A stretch of 62,939 bases of DNA, filler included, from Asterionella formosa (Eukaryota), in NCBI GenBank assembly GCA_002256025.1. It is 14 parts of 14 records of this genome, joined end to end, with 100 filler letters (N's around TTAATTAATTAA, not from the genome) between each part and the next. Parts side by side here need not be neighbours in the genome. Positions count along the whole stretch, not along the records: positions 9,030 to 13,440 come from NKIB01013539.1; positions 13,541 to 17,945 come from NKIB01013540.1; positions 18,046 to 22,454 come from NKIB01013541.1; 11 more parts are not named here. The stretch is one strand, 5' to 3'. Numbering within the stretch: the first letter of the stretch is position 1; each line of letters opens with the position of its first letter. This document shows positions 11,281-22,454 of the stretch, in pieces. Position numbers and translations under genes: made by a program. The notes below the pieces were generated by a model. It did not search any database, was not told where the DNA came from, and saw only the letters and a program-made list of their open reading frames with translations.

Positions 11281-11610
11281 ACATGAATTAGTTGAATACA
11301 TCAAAATACGTAGTTGAATATATCTATATATTATCTGAATACATCACGTTAAATATTTGATCAAAGTATCATGCATGCATTCCTGATCATCACTATATTA
11401 TGTGATCACCTTCACATAATTATTTGAAATACTTCACATAATTATTTGAAATACTTCACATAATTATTTGAAATACTTCACATAATTATTTGAAATACTT
11501 CACATAATTATTTGAAATACTTCACGTAATTCTGTAATTTCGTTCACATAATTCTAGAATAAAGTTCACTTAATATGTAACATTTGTTTACGTAATTTTC
11601 TGGAGTTCAT
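11281..11610. repeat. Interspersed repeat with a 22-bp minisatellite (CTTCACATAATTATTTGAAATA x5, 11410-11519); inverted homolog at about 46900-47215
   Basis: Five perfect units here; the homolog has fewer, degenerate units. Confidence 0.85.
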
Positions 11611-11668
11611 TCAACTAAATTAAAGAGTTTCATTAATGAAATAAAGCCTGCTCATTCGGAACGGCATG

Positions 11669-12386
11669 CGAATGCTCCTGCACTGAAAGGGTTTGCTGCA
11701 ATGTCAATTGAATGTAGAGGAAGATCAGTGTGAGTTATCAGTAGCGTTGCTCATATAGCCGTCAAAATAGCGCAGTAATCTTACCAGAACAACTTCCATT
11801 CCGGACCTCATTGTCCCTGCCTGTTGTCAACAACAATGCGTGAGCTGACAAGCCATACTAGCATTTAGGTACACAACAAGAACACACTCACCATTCAACT
11901 GTATTGCAGAGTTCTTTTGGATTTCATCCGAATGCTCCTGAATTGAAAGGGTTTGCTGCAATGTCAATTGAATGTAGAGGAAGATCAGTGTGAGTTATCA
12001 GTAGCGTTGCTCATATAGCCGTCAAAATAGCGCAGTAATCTTACCAGAAAAACTTCCATTCCGGACCTCATTGTCCCTGCCTGTTGTCAACAACAATGCG
12101 TGAGCTGACAAGCCATACTAGCATTTAGGTACACAACAAGAACACACTCACCATTCAACTGTATTGCAGAGTTCTTTTGGATTTCATCCGAATGCTCCTG
12201 AATTGAAAGGGTTTGCTGCAATGTCAATTGAATGTAGAGGAAGATCAGTGTGAGTTATCAGTAGCGTTGCTCATATAGCCGTCAAAATAGCGCAGTAATC
12301 TTACCAGAAAAACTTCCATTCCGGACCTCATTGTCCCTGCCTGTTGTCAACAACAATGCGTGAGCTGACAAGCCATACTAGCATTT
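11669..12386. repeat. 260-bp tandem repeat, about 2.8 near-identical copies
   Basis: Units start at 11669, 11929 and 12189. Confidence 0.95.
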
Positions 12387-14008
12387 TTCGCCGACTATTC
12401 CGTTGTTTGATTGGTTTTATGGTCCTATGCAGTTACAGAAACAATGAGAAGGAATGATTTGTTAGCTAGTAGTCATGATAGCTTTGTTCCAACAGAAGTG
12501 AATAGGTCCAACGAGCGACAAGAGCACTTACGCAATTTGGTTTGGTTTTGTTTGAGCTGTTGAATCAACTGAGAAAAAAGGAAATGTGCGTTTAGTTAAC
12601 AATTTGTTGTTGTGCTGCCTGCCTGCCTCCCAACGATTGTCATCCAAGTACCACGCACATTGATGGCTTCATTACCTTAAACATTCTCCATCCTTCGAAT
12701 GCGCAATGTGTCGAAGTCACAATGTTTTTCGTTATGTATTGCGTAAACTTTCTTTGCTGTCATGTGCTTTACTACGACGTATCTTTTCATGAAGCAGCAG
12801 GCATTGATTGTTAACGTGACAGAACGATTTGAAAAATATATTGGCCATGAATATAGTAATAAAATTTGTAAATATATATATATATATAGCGTAATACATT
12901 TTATAAAATTCAAAGGCGCTCTCGATATGGAACATCTGATATGGTTGAGATGATCATACTCGCATATACATAATTCGAAAATACTCAATGCACTATATGT
13001 CCATTGTTTTCCACGACTACGTGAACCGTGTAAGTCATAACCGCCAGGGTTATGGTGGCAAATTGTTTAAGCCCCCTTTTTGGGCGGGAGCTCTTCATGT
13101 GTACCGGTACATCATATGACAATAACAATATATCATATATATATACAGAGTACCAGTAGCAGGTAGTAAGTGATATGCTGGTGGGGGTAGTCGGAGTAGT
13201 AAACTAGCAACAGAACACCATATGTTCAGGACTGTTGCTACTGCAGTGGGACAATAAATCATCATAGTTCTAGGATTGTATGATCGTAAAACTAAAACCA
13301 ATAGTCGGAGTAATAAGCGAGCAACAGAACACCATATGTTCTGGCATACCTACCCGGTAGTTATCATGATATTGCTTTTATGAATTTAACTGGCGCGATA
13401 ATTAGCCAGGCTGACGAGTTACTACCGGTACCAGGTAGTANNNNNNNNNNNNNNNNNNNNNNNNNNNNNNNNNNNNNNNNNNNNTTAATTAATTAANNNN
13501 NNNNNNNNNNNNNNNNNNNNNNNNNNNNNNNNNNNNNNNNCAACCTACTCGCGCCACCCAGCCTCGAACACATGAACCGGTATACTCGCAGGCATGCGAC
13601 CACCACGGGCGTGTCTTGCCTTCAGCAAGACTTGTTGTTGAGCATACGCACAGCATACGTATGTACTAGAATATACTACGTCAGCCCAACGTCAGCAGAT
13701 CAGATAACATCGTCTCATCACTTTTATACGAAAAAATGCAAAATACAGTATCATATGCAATTTCAGTTATATAAAAGAATTTCATTACAGGTACACCAGG
13801 GTACTTGTTTTCCCTCATTGTTTGTAACTGACGATTTGAATGAAGGTAACCAGGTACCTGGCACATCAAACATATCACAATTTACTATGTATGATACATT
13901 GTATTGAACTGGCGATTTGAATGAAGGTAAAAAGTGGTGTGATACAAACACATCAAAACAAATCACAATTTACCATATAGCTCACCGAGAAATCTAAAAG
14001 AATTCAAG

Positions 14009-15175
14009 ATGAAGGCTGGAAAGCTTCGCACCAGCCGTAACAAAAATACCAAGTGTCGCGCAGGAGTCGTTGACGTGCCTTCTATCATGCCCAAAGATGG
14101 ACCACCACCCTGCATTGACGTTCTGAAGTCTAATTGTGACTGCTCTGTAGATTCTTTGACAACGTTGCTTTCGGGTCTATCAAATGTCTCTTGGATTGCA
14201 GACGACGAAGATTCAGAACTTGAATCAGATGGCGACAACCTCGTTCGTAGTTTTGTTCAACGAAGCAAAATCCTTGACCACATTTGTGATGGCAGGAGCA
14301 AAGCGTTTCAGCGAATGCTCCGCGAGAACGAAGAATTGGTGCGACAGGAAACCTTCAGGTTTTTTGAGAAGAAACTTCAAAATGGTAAAGCAAAGGAAAT
14401 GGAACATACACAAGCATGGCGACCTACTTTGACCTTCATTTTTTGGACTACAGCTGTATTTGACTGCCATAGTACAGTCCGTGCAAGTGTCGTGCTACTG
14501 TGCTATTGTGTTGCACATCTTTCCATTTATGAAACAATTTCTTCTCTGCTTTACGAAAATTCGCGAACTGTTAAAAATCAAGATGTTTTGTTTTTTGGGG
14601 TCATTGTTTTTGCCCTTGTCCTTTCCAGACTCTGTGGCGGACTTTGGTCCTTTCTTTCCAAGCAAAACTACCTCGCTACCAAGTTTGATTTGCACAATCG
14701 CCTTCGATTGCACTTGTGGGATGCCAAAATTCTCCGATGGTTTATTCATCATCCGAAAATCAAGCTTGCTGCTGATCATCTGGCCTTTTATCTGGCATTT
14801 ATTGGTGTTTACTACTTTCAAGTTAAAATCTTAAGCTTATTCGATCAGCGCCAGAGCCTTTTCGCGAAACTACCAAGCGCTCAATATGGCATTAAAACTC
14901 TTGTGGCGGAGCGTTTTCTTGGCCTAAACTATGCTCGCAACGAAACGGATGCTTGTAACAATGACTCTTATTGTAGAATTCATGAATTCCATCGAGATCT
15001 ATATCATCAAGATGAAATCTATGTTTGGAATCATGTCTCGATTAATTCATACGTTGGTTTGATCGGAGATGGTACTTCAAGAGTAGTTTCACGTGAAATC
15101 TACACTACATACTATTTCATTTTGGCCTCTTTGGCGATTGCTTGCATGACTTGGATGGGGTGTGATTTTGAGTAG
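14009..15175 (+). CDS. Hypothetical multi-pass membrane protein (388 aa)
   Basis: Long intact ORF with several hydrophobic segments; no family recognised. Confidence 0.7.
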   Translation: MKAGKLRTSRNKNTKCRAGVVDVPSIMPKDGPPPCIDVLKSNCDCSVDSLTTLLSGLSNVSWIADDEDSELESDGDNLVRSFVQRSKILDHICDGRSKAFQRMLRENEELVRQETFRFFEKKLQNGKAKEMEHTQAWRPTLTFIFWTTAVFDCHSTVRASVVLLCYCVAHLSIYETISSLLYENSRTVKNQDVLFFGVIVFALVLSRLCGGLWSFLSKQNYLATKFDLHNRLRLHLWDAKILRWFIHHPKIKLAADHLAFYLAFIGVYYFQVKILSLFDQRQSLFAKLPSAQYGIKTLVAERFLGLNYARNETDACNNDSYCRIHEFHRDLYHQDEIYVWNHVSINSYVGLIGDGTSRVVSREIYTTYYFILASLAIACMTWMGCDFE

Positions 15176-15692
15176 ACGCATTGAAAGGTGCTCTGGGAAC
15201 ATGTCTGCACAACATTGTCACAAAAATAATCAACTACTTTCACAAGCCAACTCCTCGTAGTAAATTTTTCCTGACAAACTCTGCGAACAGTTCAACAGTA
15301 CAAAGCATTGACTATACTTGCCTCTTCTAACGCCATCAGAAATTGAAAACCCGGAAAATCTAGAAATTCCTGCTGTGAAAACGCATGAAGTTTTGTTGAC
15401 GCACTCTCATTTAATGAATTTTACAAAACGATTTATGCAATCTTATAAATAAATGAAGAATAAATGATTTCGGCTGAGACAAGCTTCAACTGATTGTCAA
15501 GTTTTGAAAACTTGAGAAATCTTGCTTGTAACCATTTGTGCTTCACATAACCTCAATAAACTTTAATCAGAAAAAATTGTCGCATTCCCAAATCAATTCA
15601 ATTAGCAACAATGCAAAACTATCTATAAAGTGGTAGCATTGTGGTGCTTTGAGATTCAAGAACAATGGGGAATCGCGAACCAATTCTATGGA

Positions 15693-16118
15693 TCACTGTT
15701 TCCTTTGTACCCAAAAATTTAATGGGTAGTTATAGATTTTTACTGCATGAGACAAAGACATGATATTCCAAAACAAGGGAGTCAAGTTAATACTATAAAT
15801 GTATATTTTAAGCTTTCCCAAGGTTTGCTTGACCATTTCTTCCATGATGTTTGTCGAACCATAGCTAGGTGAGAAGTAAACTGTACATAGCAAGTGTAAT
15901 AAAACACATAATTTCGTGCACATACTAGTAGTTGGAGTGTGCCTCCTTTGCGATATGCTATTTCTCAATTTTGACATGAACCGCTCCATGTAGAATGGAT
16001 TCATACATCTGTATTTTTGTGGTGCACGTATGAAGTCTTGATTCGTCATATTGACAGAAAAATTAGCTAAGGTAAATATGAAGACTATGATGTAATGTTT
16101 AATTGATGATAATTTCAT
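15693..16118 (-). pseudogene. Possible EnSpm/CACTA transposase remnant
   Basis: FYMERFMSKLRNSISQRRH.P..SM resembles the ER.M..LK....R..P..S motif of CACTA transposases; otherwise degenerate. Confidence 0.25.
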
Positions 16119-16556
16119 TTAACTTTTCCTTAATCATTCACCATGGATGCTTTACTTACATTGTTGGCAGTACCAAAAGTAAAATTTCCCTCTGATCTTT
16201 TTGATACATATATAGCATTCAACTTTCCAATAATTTTCTGTTCCATTAGTTCAGTGCATTAGCCAAGCCCGCCTTCATCTACAGTGAATCAAATGTCTCT
16301 TCAACAGAATTCAGGTTGCACTAAGGGGTATTGATGGCTTGAACAGTATATTGATTGAATGAGGAGGATCCTAATCCAGATCACTCAAAACTTTGACATT
16401 ATGTTTTCGTATTCTATGGAAAATTGGCACTATTATTTACATATTACAAATATGTGACAGGCTGTATATAATTATATAGGTAGACTTTAATTGCATACCC
16501 CAACTTGTTATAGTCCTAAGTGACTTGCTTGTTTTTTGGGTAGGACACCAGTATTA

Positions 16557-16670
16557 GAGCATCGCCACTATATCGACCAAATAACAAAGCAAATTTAAAT
16601 TTAAAATTAAAATTGAATTTATCATAGCACGGAATTTTTAACATTTTTCCCCACAGCATCGACCAGATCC
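16557..16670 (+). mobile_element. Harbinger/Tourist-like end (TIR GAGCATCGCCAC..ATCGACCAAATA)
   Basis: TTA|GAGCATCGCCAC. An inverted match ends at 41165. Confidence 0.6.
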
Positions 16671-17449
16671 TAAAATAGTCAAATTTCACCCCCATATTTT
16701 TAGCGAATAGAAATAAAGTTCATTTTGGAAATACCCTACTGTTCTAGAATTTTACCAGTATAATGATCTAGCTTGCCATTATAGTGTTATGAAGGAATCT
16801 TACAAGAAAACCCTGCATGAATTGTAATGGATTGAAGTGCGAAATTCCTCGTTGTGTGGTGTATATAGGCTAGGAACACCACCCAAAATTAGATAAATAT
16901 CAGCAGTACGCATATCATCACACCATAATGACTAAAATTACCACAAAATCTAAAAGTGTGCAACCTCGTAAATCTCATCATGGCTTCAACTCTCGCAAGA
17001 TCTTACCAAAGAAACATGGTTGTGAGAGATGGATGATCATTTAGATTAACATGATAGAACCAAAGAACTAAATAAGCAACTTTACCAGGTTCTCTTACCA
17101 TGATTACCTGCTGCATTCCTTGGGTTTGGTAAAGAAGGAATCGCTTGCGCAAGGGCGCATGTGATAGTCAGAATAAGAATACCTGGTACCAGCTACCTGG
17201 GTTTAAGTGCCCGTCATAATCGTAGTATATTTGTCAAGAATTCGTTTGGACCTCGCATATCAATTGCTTCAAGTTCTCATCTGTCCGGTGGTCCTCCTCT
17301 TGTTTCAACTCATTTCACAGGAAGGTCCGGTAATCAGCTAATTGCGCGCACTAAAAGCTTAAATTCCACCCAGCGGTTTCGTCTTGCCATTCGGGTACTT
17401 CTAAGTAATTTTTAGGCTCTAAGTAATTTCTTAAGTAATTTTTATTTAA

Positions 17450-17765
17450 GGGCAATATAAAATCGGCAATTAAATTGCCGATTTTAGAATGACAACCAGA
17501 ATATCGGTAATATGCATAGAGATGGTGCAACAAGCGTAAAACACACGAGAATGATTGTAACATGCAACATCAACGAAAATTGAACATGATGTTTGGAGCA
17601 ACCAAAGTATGAAATGCGATGTAATAAGTAGCATCAAATGAGAAATAGAAAAATTTGTTTTGGGTTAGAAATGACATAAAAAAAAGAGTTCCAATGGAGA
17701 CATATGCATTGTGAATCATTGTAGTACTTACACACCAGGCAACATTGACTTTCCATCACCACACA
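17450..17765 (+). mobile_element. TTAA-targeting (Kolobok-like) family C end
   Basis: TTAA|GGGCAATAT. Near-identical to 49234-49459 and, inverted, to 47273-47602. Confidence 0.65.
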
Positions 17766-18045
17766 ATCGAAGACCAAAATAAAAAGGGAAAAGCTGAACC
17801 CAATCTTGAACTACATCGTTATGTAGCGTAAATGGTCTGGTTTCTGCAACCATGCGCATCGCTGTATTAGCCTGACACCAGTAGCAGTATTTCCGCCACA
17901 GTCATTCCTCTCCGCTGCCCACCAAACAAGCAACCCTGATCATTCNNNNNNNNNNNNNNNNNNNNNNNNNNNNNNNNNNNNNNNNNNNNTTAATTAATTA
18001 ANNNNNNNNNNNNNNNNNNNNNNNNNNNNNNNNNNNNNNNNNNNN

Positions 18046-18778
18046 CTTCTTCCGGAGCCGAGCATCGTGCACGTTCGGCATCATTCTTGTTCATGGAACA
18101 ATACCATTTGAAGGAAGTTTCTTTTCATCCACAACTCCGCGAAGGCGACGCCACTAGATAAACACGTGTGTGTGTGTGAGAACGAAAGGAAATTATGAAA
18201 AAAGTCAATTGAAATGAATCTACATATATTCACTAACCTTCTTGCACTTGTCACACTCGACCCAAGTTGCATTACTAGCCCCCTGCGTCTGCCCAAAGAT
18301 ACTTCCTTCATCTCGATCTATAACATCTTCATGAAACTCTTCCGTCGCTGCAGCCGCTGAACTTTCCAGCGCCTTGGGCTTCTTCTTGGTGGATGGCTTG
18401 GAAATGCTGCTCTTCCTAGTTGTCCCTGTACTCGTGTGCTCCTTGTCATACTCGTCTTCCTCTTGTTCAGTCCTGGATTGCCGTTCCATCCACAAACGTT
18501 TCCTCATGGCAGCCACAATAGTCGTTCGATCCAAAGTCAAGGACACTCCCGATTGAGAGTGATAGACGGGCAGATCCTCGTCCAAATCTGTATCAACGAC
18601 AGACCCGACTGCAGAATATTGATCTTCTTCCAACGCACGACGCATTTGATCATGGAACATGGTCTGCGCTTGATCTCCTCCCTTCTTGATCTTGCAAGGT
18701 TTCTTGTTTGGGTTGTTTTTGCTGTCATCTAAGCTAGTGGTCGGGGTGGTGGTGGTCGTGGTGGCTATGGTAGTAGTG
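18046..18778 (-). pseudogene. CW-type zinc finger protein gene fragment, with an 84-bp intron (18154-18237)
   Basis: TWVECDKCKK|WRRLRG...WYCSMN..D.ERARCSAPEE after GT-AG splicing. A 1-nt frameshift lies near 18110, and the 5' side is cut by a copia LTR. Confidence 0.8.
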
Positions 18779-19212
18779 TGTTAAAGTATTACCTTTTTGA
18801 TAGATCTATATCATTAGACAAAGAAGACTATAGATAGAGACGTTCGTTTCTCTTTCCGTTTCGATATTCTTATTGTGAGTTTACTAATCTAGTTTAAGTT
18901 GTTCTGTTTGAACAAACAAACGAACTATTCTCCAAATGCTGTTTGCATTTCTAGAAACATACAATCATAGATAGACCCATGTCTATCTCACACTTACTGA
19001 TCATAGGTTTTTAACCATGATCATTGAATTTCAAACTACCGGTATTGGTCTTCCGAAATAGCTTATATTGTCTGGCTCATAATTGGCAGAGTAACAACGG
19101 TATAATGTGTGGTTGATGAGAGCTTGGTACATCAAAGTTGACTCATTCGAATCGTTTGACTCGTTTGACTCCGAGTCATAACTACCGGTACGTAGATGAG
19201 CTAACTTTAACA
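18779..19212 (-). mobile_element. Copia 3' LTR (434 bp)
   Basis: TGTTAAAGT...ACTTTAACA termini, adjacent purine tract and RNase H end; second copy at 55699-56119. Confidence 0.92.
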
Positions 19213-19700
19213 CTCTCCTTGTTCCAACAATCCATCATCCCGTTTTGGATCGCGTATCCATGCATGTTCATAATCTTGTCAGTGTTATTTTTAGTTAGGA
19301 CATCTGCAGGATTCTTTTCCGTATTGCAACCTAAATCGTTCCGTTTTCGACTTGTTCTCGTACATAGTGGTATCTTACGTCGATGTGTTTTGTACGTGCC
19401 CCGACCTGATGATTTTTCGTTAAATAAATCGCGCCGATATTGTCCTCACCCATTAGACTAGGCATTGCGATAGTCGTTATTTCGCCCGGTAGATTCGTTG
19501 CGAAGACAGTTTCCTTTGAGCCGTTACTGAGTGCGACATATTCACACTCGGTGCTTGATTGCGTTACGATATCCTGTCCTTTTGATATCCAGTGAATTAG
19601 GGCGTACCCTCCGATCGTGCCTAAATAACCGCTGACACTCTTTCGTGTACCAGGATTAGAGGCGAAGGCGCTATCCACGACATCTTGAATACGTAGCTCG
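19213..19700 (-). pseudogene. Ty1/copia RNase H remnant
   Basis: VDSAFA...RKSVSG, SSTECEY, EDN.GA, RTKHIDVRYH, NPADVLTKN; one internal stop. Confidence 0.92.
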
Positions 19701-19990
19701 TTGTGATGCGAGGTCGATTTTAGATAAAAAAACCGTTTTTGTACGTGACTTTTCGTACTTCGGAGTTTCCCATCAACTCCCTCTGCTACTTTTTGTACCT
19801 TACAAACGGTTTATGTGTAAGCAGATATATATTTGTTTAGACCCCACTTACCGGCACTTTCATCATTTTCAAATAGTTCCAATGGAATAATCGTTATTAT
19901 TATTATTATGTACCGGTATTCAAGGGCAGTTCATTCATGTTTTTCAAATTATTTCCAACGGACTTTTACCAATCTGGTTGCGCATCTTCC

Positions 19991-20375
19991 CATGACTTGC
20001 GCGAGGCAGGCCATTCAATTTTTCAAATAATTTGAATGAAATATTCAACTGTTCATGACTTGCGCAAGGCAGGTTAATCATTGTTTTTTTCACATAATTC
20101 CAACAGAATTATTAATATTCACTTGCGCAAGGCAGGTTAGTCATTGTTTTCACATAATCCCAACAGAATTATTAATATTCAAGTGTCCGTTAAAAATCTA
20201 GGTGCAACTAATCATGACTTGCGCCAGGCAAGTTGTTCATTTTTTTTAAATCATTCCAATGGAATTTTTCGGTGTAAGCATTATTCACATAAAATTCAAC
20301 CAGAATTATAAATACTCAAGTGCCCGCTAAAAATTCGCCGGTATGTACAACTAATCATGACTTGCGCCAGGCAAG
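19991..20375. repeat. Five degenerate repeats with core CATGACTTGCGCNAGGCARG
   Basis: Cores at about 19991, 20054, 20121, 20213 and 20356. Confidence 0.75.
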
Positions 20376-20676
20376 TCGTTCCAATGGATTTTTCGTCGTA
20401 CGCACAATCTTCTTTGCTTCTAAGGATGCTATTTGGAGTTCTTTTATAATCGGGCAACAGCATACCGGTATTTTTGGAATACTCTCATGCGTGTGCTGGT
20501 TTGACAATGACTTTGGGAGTGATTATTTTATGCATCCATATTGAGCGAAAAGCCTTGCGTACCCCTAAGAATGGAACCGGTACGAATATATTAGATTTTG
20601 AGTCATAATTCATCATCGTCCATAAATTTCGTCCTCTCTTCGCCTTCGAGACCGTTAACATCAAACAAGGCAAACC

Positions 20677-22254
20677 ATGTCGTCAAGCAACAATAACAAG
20701 AAGAAGAATGATGAAGATGAAAGCAAGAAGAAGGAACCCACTGACACCCTGGATGTGAAGAATCCCCCTGCTTTGTCGACTCATTGTGACGAAGAAGTAT
20801 TAACGTTCACCGTAATGAAGCACCTGAATGCTGAGAGAAGTGGTGCAACAATGCAAATGGAAAAGAAGCAGGCACCCACATCTTCAGAAAAAGAGGATCA
20901 AGATTCCAGCAGATATGCAATTTCTGCCAATATGTCTGATTCAGACATCCTAACTCTCCAAGACTTGCAAAACAGTATGGACAAAAGTTCATATGCAGCT
21001 GCTGCTACTCCTGCAACCGCTGGCCAATACCATGCTCATCCTTTTGCAGAAGTAGCAAAGGAGGAAGAAATGGAAGGGACTACTTTATTGGGATATCTGG
21101 CAGCAGTGCCTAAAGTCTCCAAGATGTCTGTTGAGTACAGTAATGAAACCAATTTTGCAAAGGCAGCAAAAGTTGAACAACAAGACCAAGAAGCCAATAC
21201 CATGGACGAGATACCAGTGGTGCCTCACGAAGACAACCATACTTCTGGTATCTTTGTTCCGGCTCAAGAAGTTGTAGCACCACCACCACCACAACAGACA
21301 CTTCCTGGTGCATTTCCTGTACAGGGATTAGTGACATCTTCACAGAACAATTCTTATGTGAATGACAATGTTGCTATTGACACCAACGATGGCCAGCTGG
21401 AACATACAACACTATTCAATGCTGAGCTAGTGATTGATCCAGAACTTGCCAGTGCCTCTGTTGTCGACATTGAAGCTGAAGAACGAGCTCAATGTAAACG
21501 TCAAGTGCGGATTGGCTTGTTGATATTTTTTGTAATTGCCTTCTTAGTAACTATAATTGCTATTCCCATTGAGCTCCTGAAACCAGATCAATCACTGAAT
21601 ACATTGGCACCATCAGAGACTCCATCAGCCAGCCCTTCTCAAAGTTTGTCTGGGTTCTTGGCTGAACATTCATCTGATAATGGAGCAGCACTTTCAACTC
21701 CTGGCACTTCACAAGAAAAGGCACTGACATGGTTGGTGCAGTCTGAATTATTTAAAAGTATCAGAGACTATACTTTGCAACAATTGTATGCCTTGGCAGT
21801 GTTTAATTATGCAACTGGTAATCTTCTTTTAAGCCAAACATGGATGACAGAAGATGAGCCTGCTTCTCAATACAGATTTTGCTATTGGTATGGCATTGAA
21901 TGTGAAGGTGGGAATGATATCACTGCTTTGGTAGTACCTAGTCCTCAAATTGATGGATCCCTTCCGCCCGAGATTGGACTCTTGACAAGTCTCACTGATC
22001 TAGATTTGTCTGAAGATACTTTCAATGGCACACTTCCCACAGAGATTGGACTCTTGACAAGTCTCACTGATCTAAATTTGTATTCCAATACTTTCACTGG
22101 CACACTTCCCACAGAGATTGGACTCTTGACAAGTCTCAATTATCTATATTTGTTTGACAATACTTTCACTGGCACACTTCCCACAGAGATTGGACTCTTG
22201 ACAAGTCTCAATTATCTAGATGCATTCAATGGATCAGTCCCTCAGGATTTCTAA
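20677..22254 (+). CDS. Diatom-type single-pass LRR receptor-like protein (525 aa)
   Basis: Low-complexity N-terminus with PGAF, one TM helix, Q.KAL.WL / Q.YALAV / FCYWYGIEC cap, then 24-aa LPTEIGLLTSL repeats. Confidence 0.88.
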   Translation: MSSSNNNKKKNDEDESKKKEPTDTLDVKNPPALSTHCDEEVLTFTVMKHLNAERSGATMQMEKKQAPTSSEKEDQDSSRYAISANMSDSDILTLQDLQNSMDKSSYAAAATPATAGQYHAHPFAEVAKEEEMEGTTLLGYLAAVPKVSKMSVEYSNETNFAKAAKVEQQDQEANTMDEIPVVPHEDNHTSGIFVPAQEVVAPPPPQQTLPGAFPVQGLVTSSQNNSYVNDNVAIDTNDGQLEHTTLFNAELVIDPELASASVVDIEAEERAQCKRQVRIGLLIFFVIAFLVTIIAIPIELLKPDQSLNTLAPSETPSASPSQSLSGFLAEHSSDNGAALSTPGTSQEKALTWLVQSELFKSIRDYTLQQLYALAVFNYATGNLLLSQTWMTEDEPASQYRFCYWYGIECEGGNDITALVVPSPQIDGSLPPEIGLLTSLTDLDLSEDTFNGTLPTEIGLLTSLTDLNLYSNTFTGTLPTEIGLLTSLNYLYLFDNTFTGTLPTEIGLLTSLNYLDAFNGSVPQDF

Positions 22255-22327
22255 TTACTGATGACATAATAGTGGTCCATATGTGTTATGCACAGAATGC
22301 TGCTAGGGTTAGATAAAATATGTAGGC

Positions 22328-22454
22328 ATGATTGGACTCTTGACAATTTTTACTGATCTATATTTGTTGAACAATACTTTCACTGGCACACTTCCCACAG
22401 AGATTGGACTATTGACAATTTTTACTGATCTACCGGTATATTTGTTGAACAATA
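22328..22454 (+). pseudogene. Detached extra 72-bp LRR units downstream of the LRR gene
   Basis: Same unit as 21960-22220; runs into the contig end. Confidence 0.75.

Noticed and set aside
11410..11525. 22-bp repeats as a CRISPR array
   Set aside because: Head-to-tail with no spacers, no cas genes, eukaryotic context.
17351..17563. Recurrent ORFs MLQSFSCVLRLL / MMLLIT (also 47399, 49148, 49171)
   Set aside because: Translations of the family C repeat end with no protein-like features.
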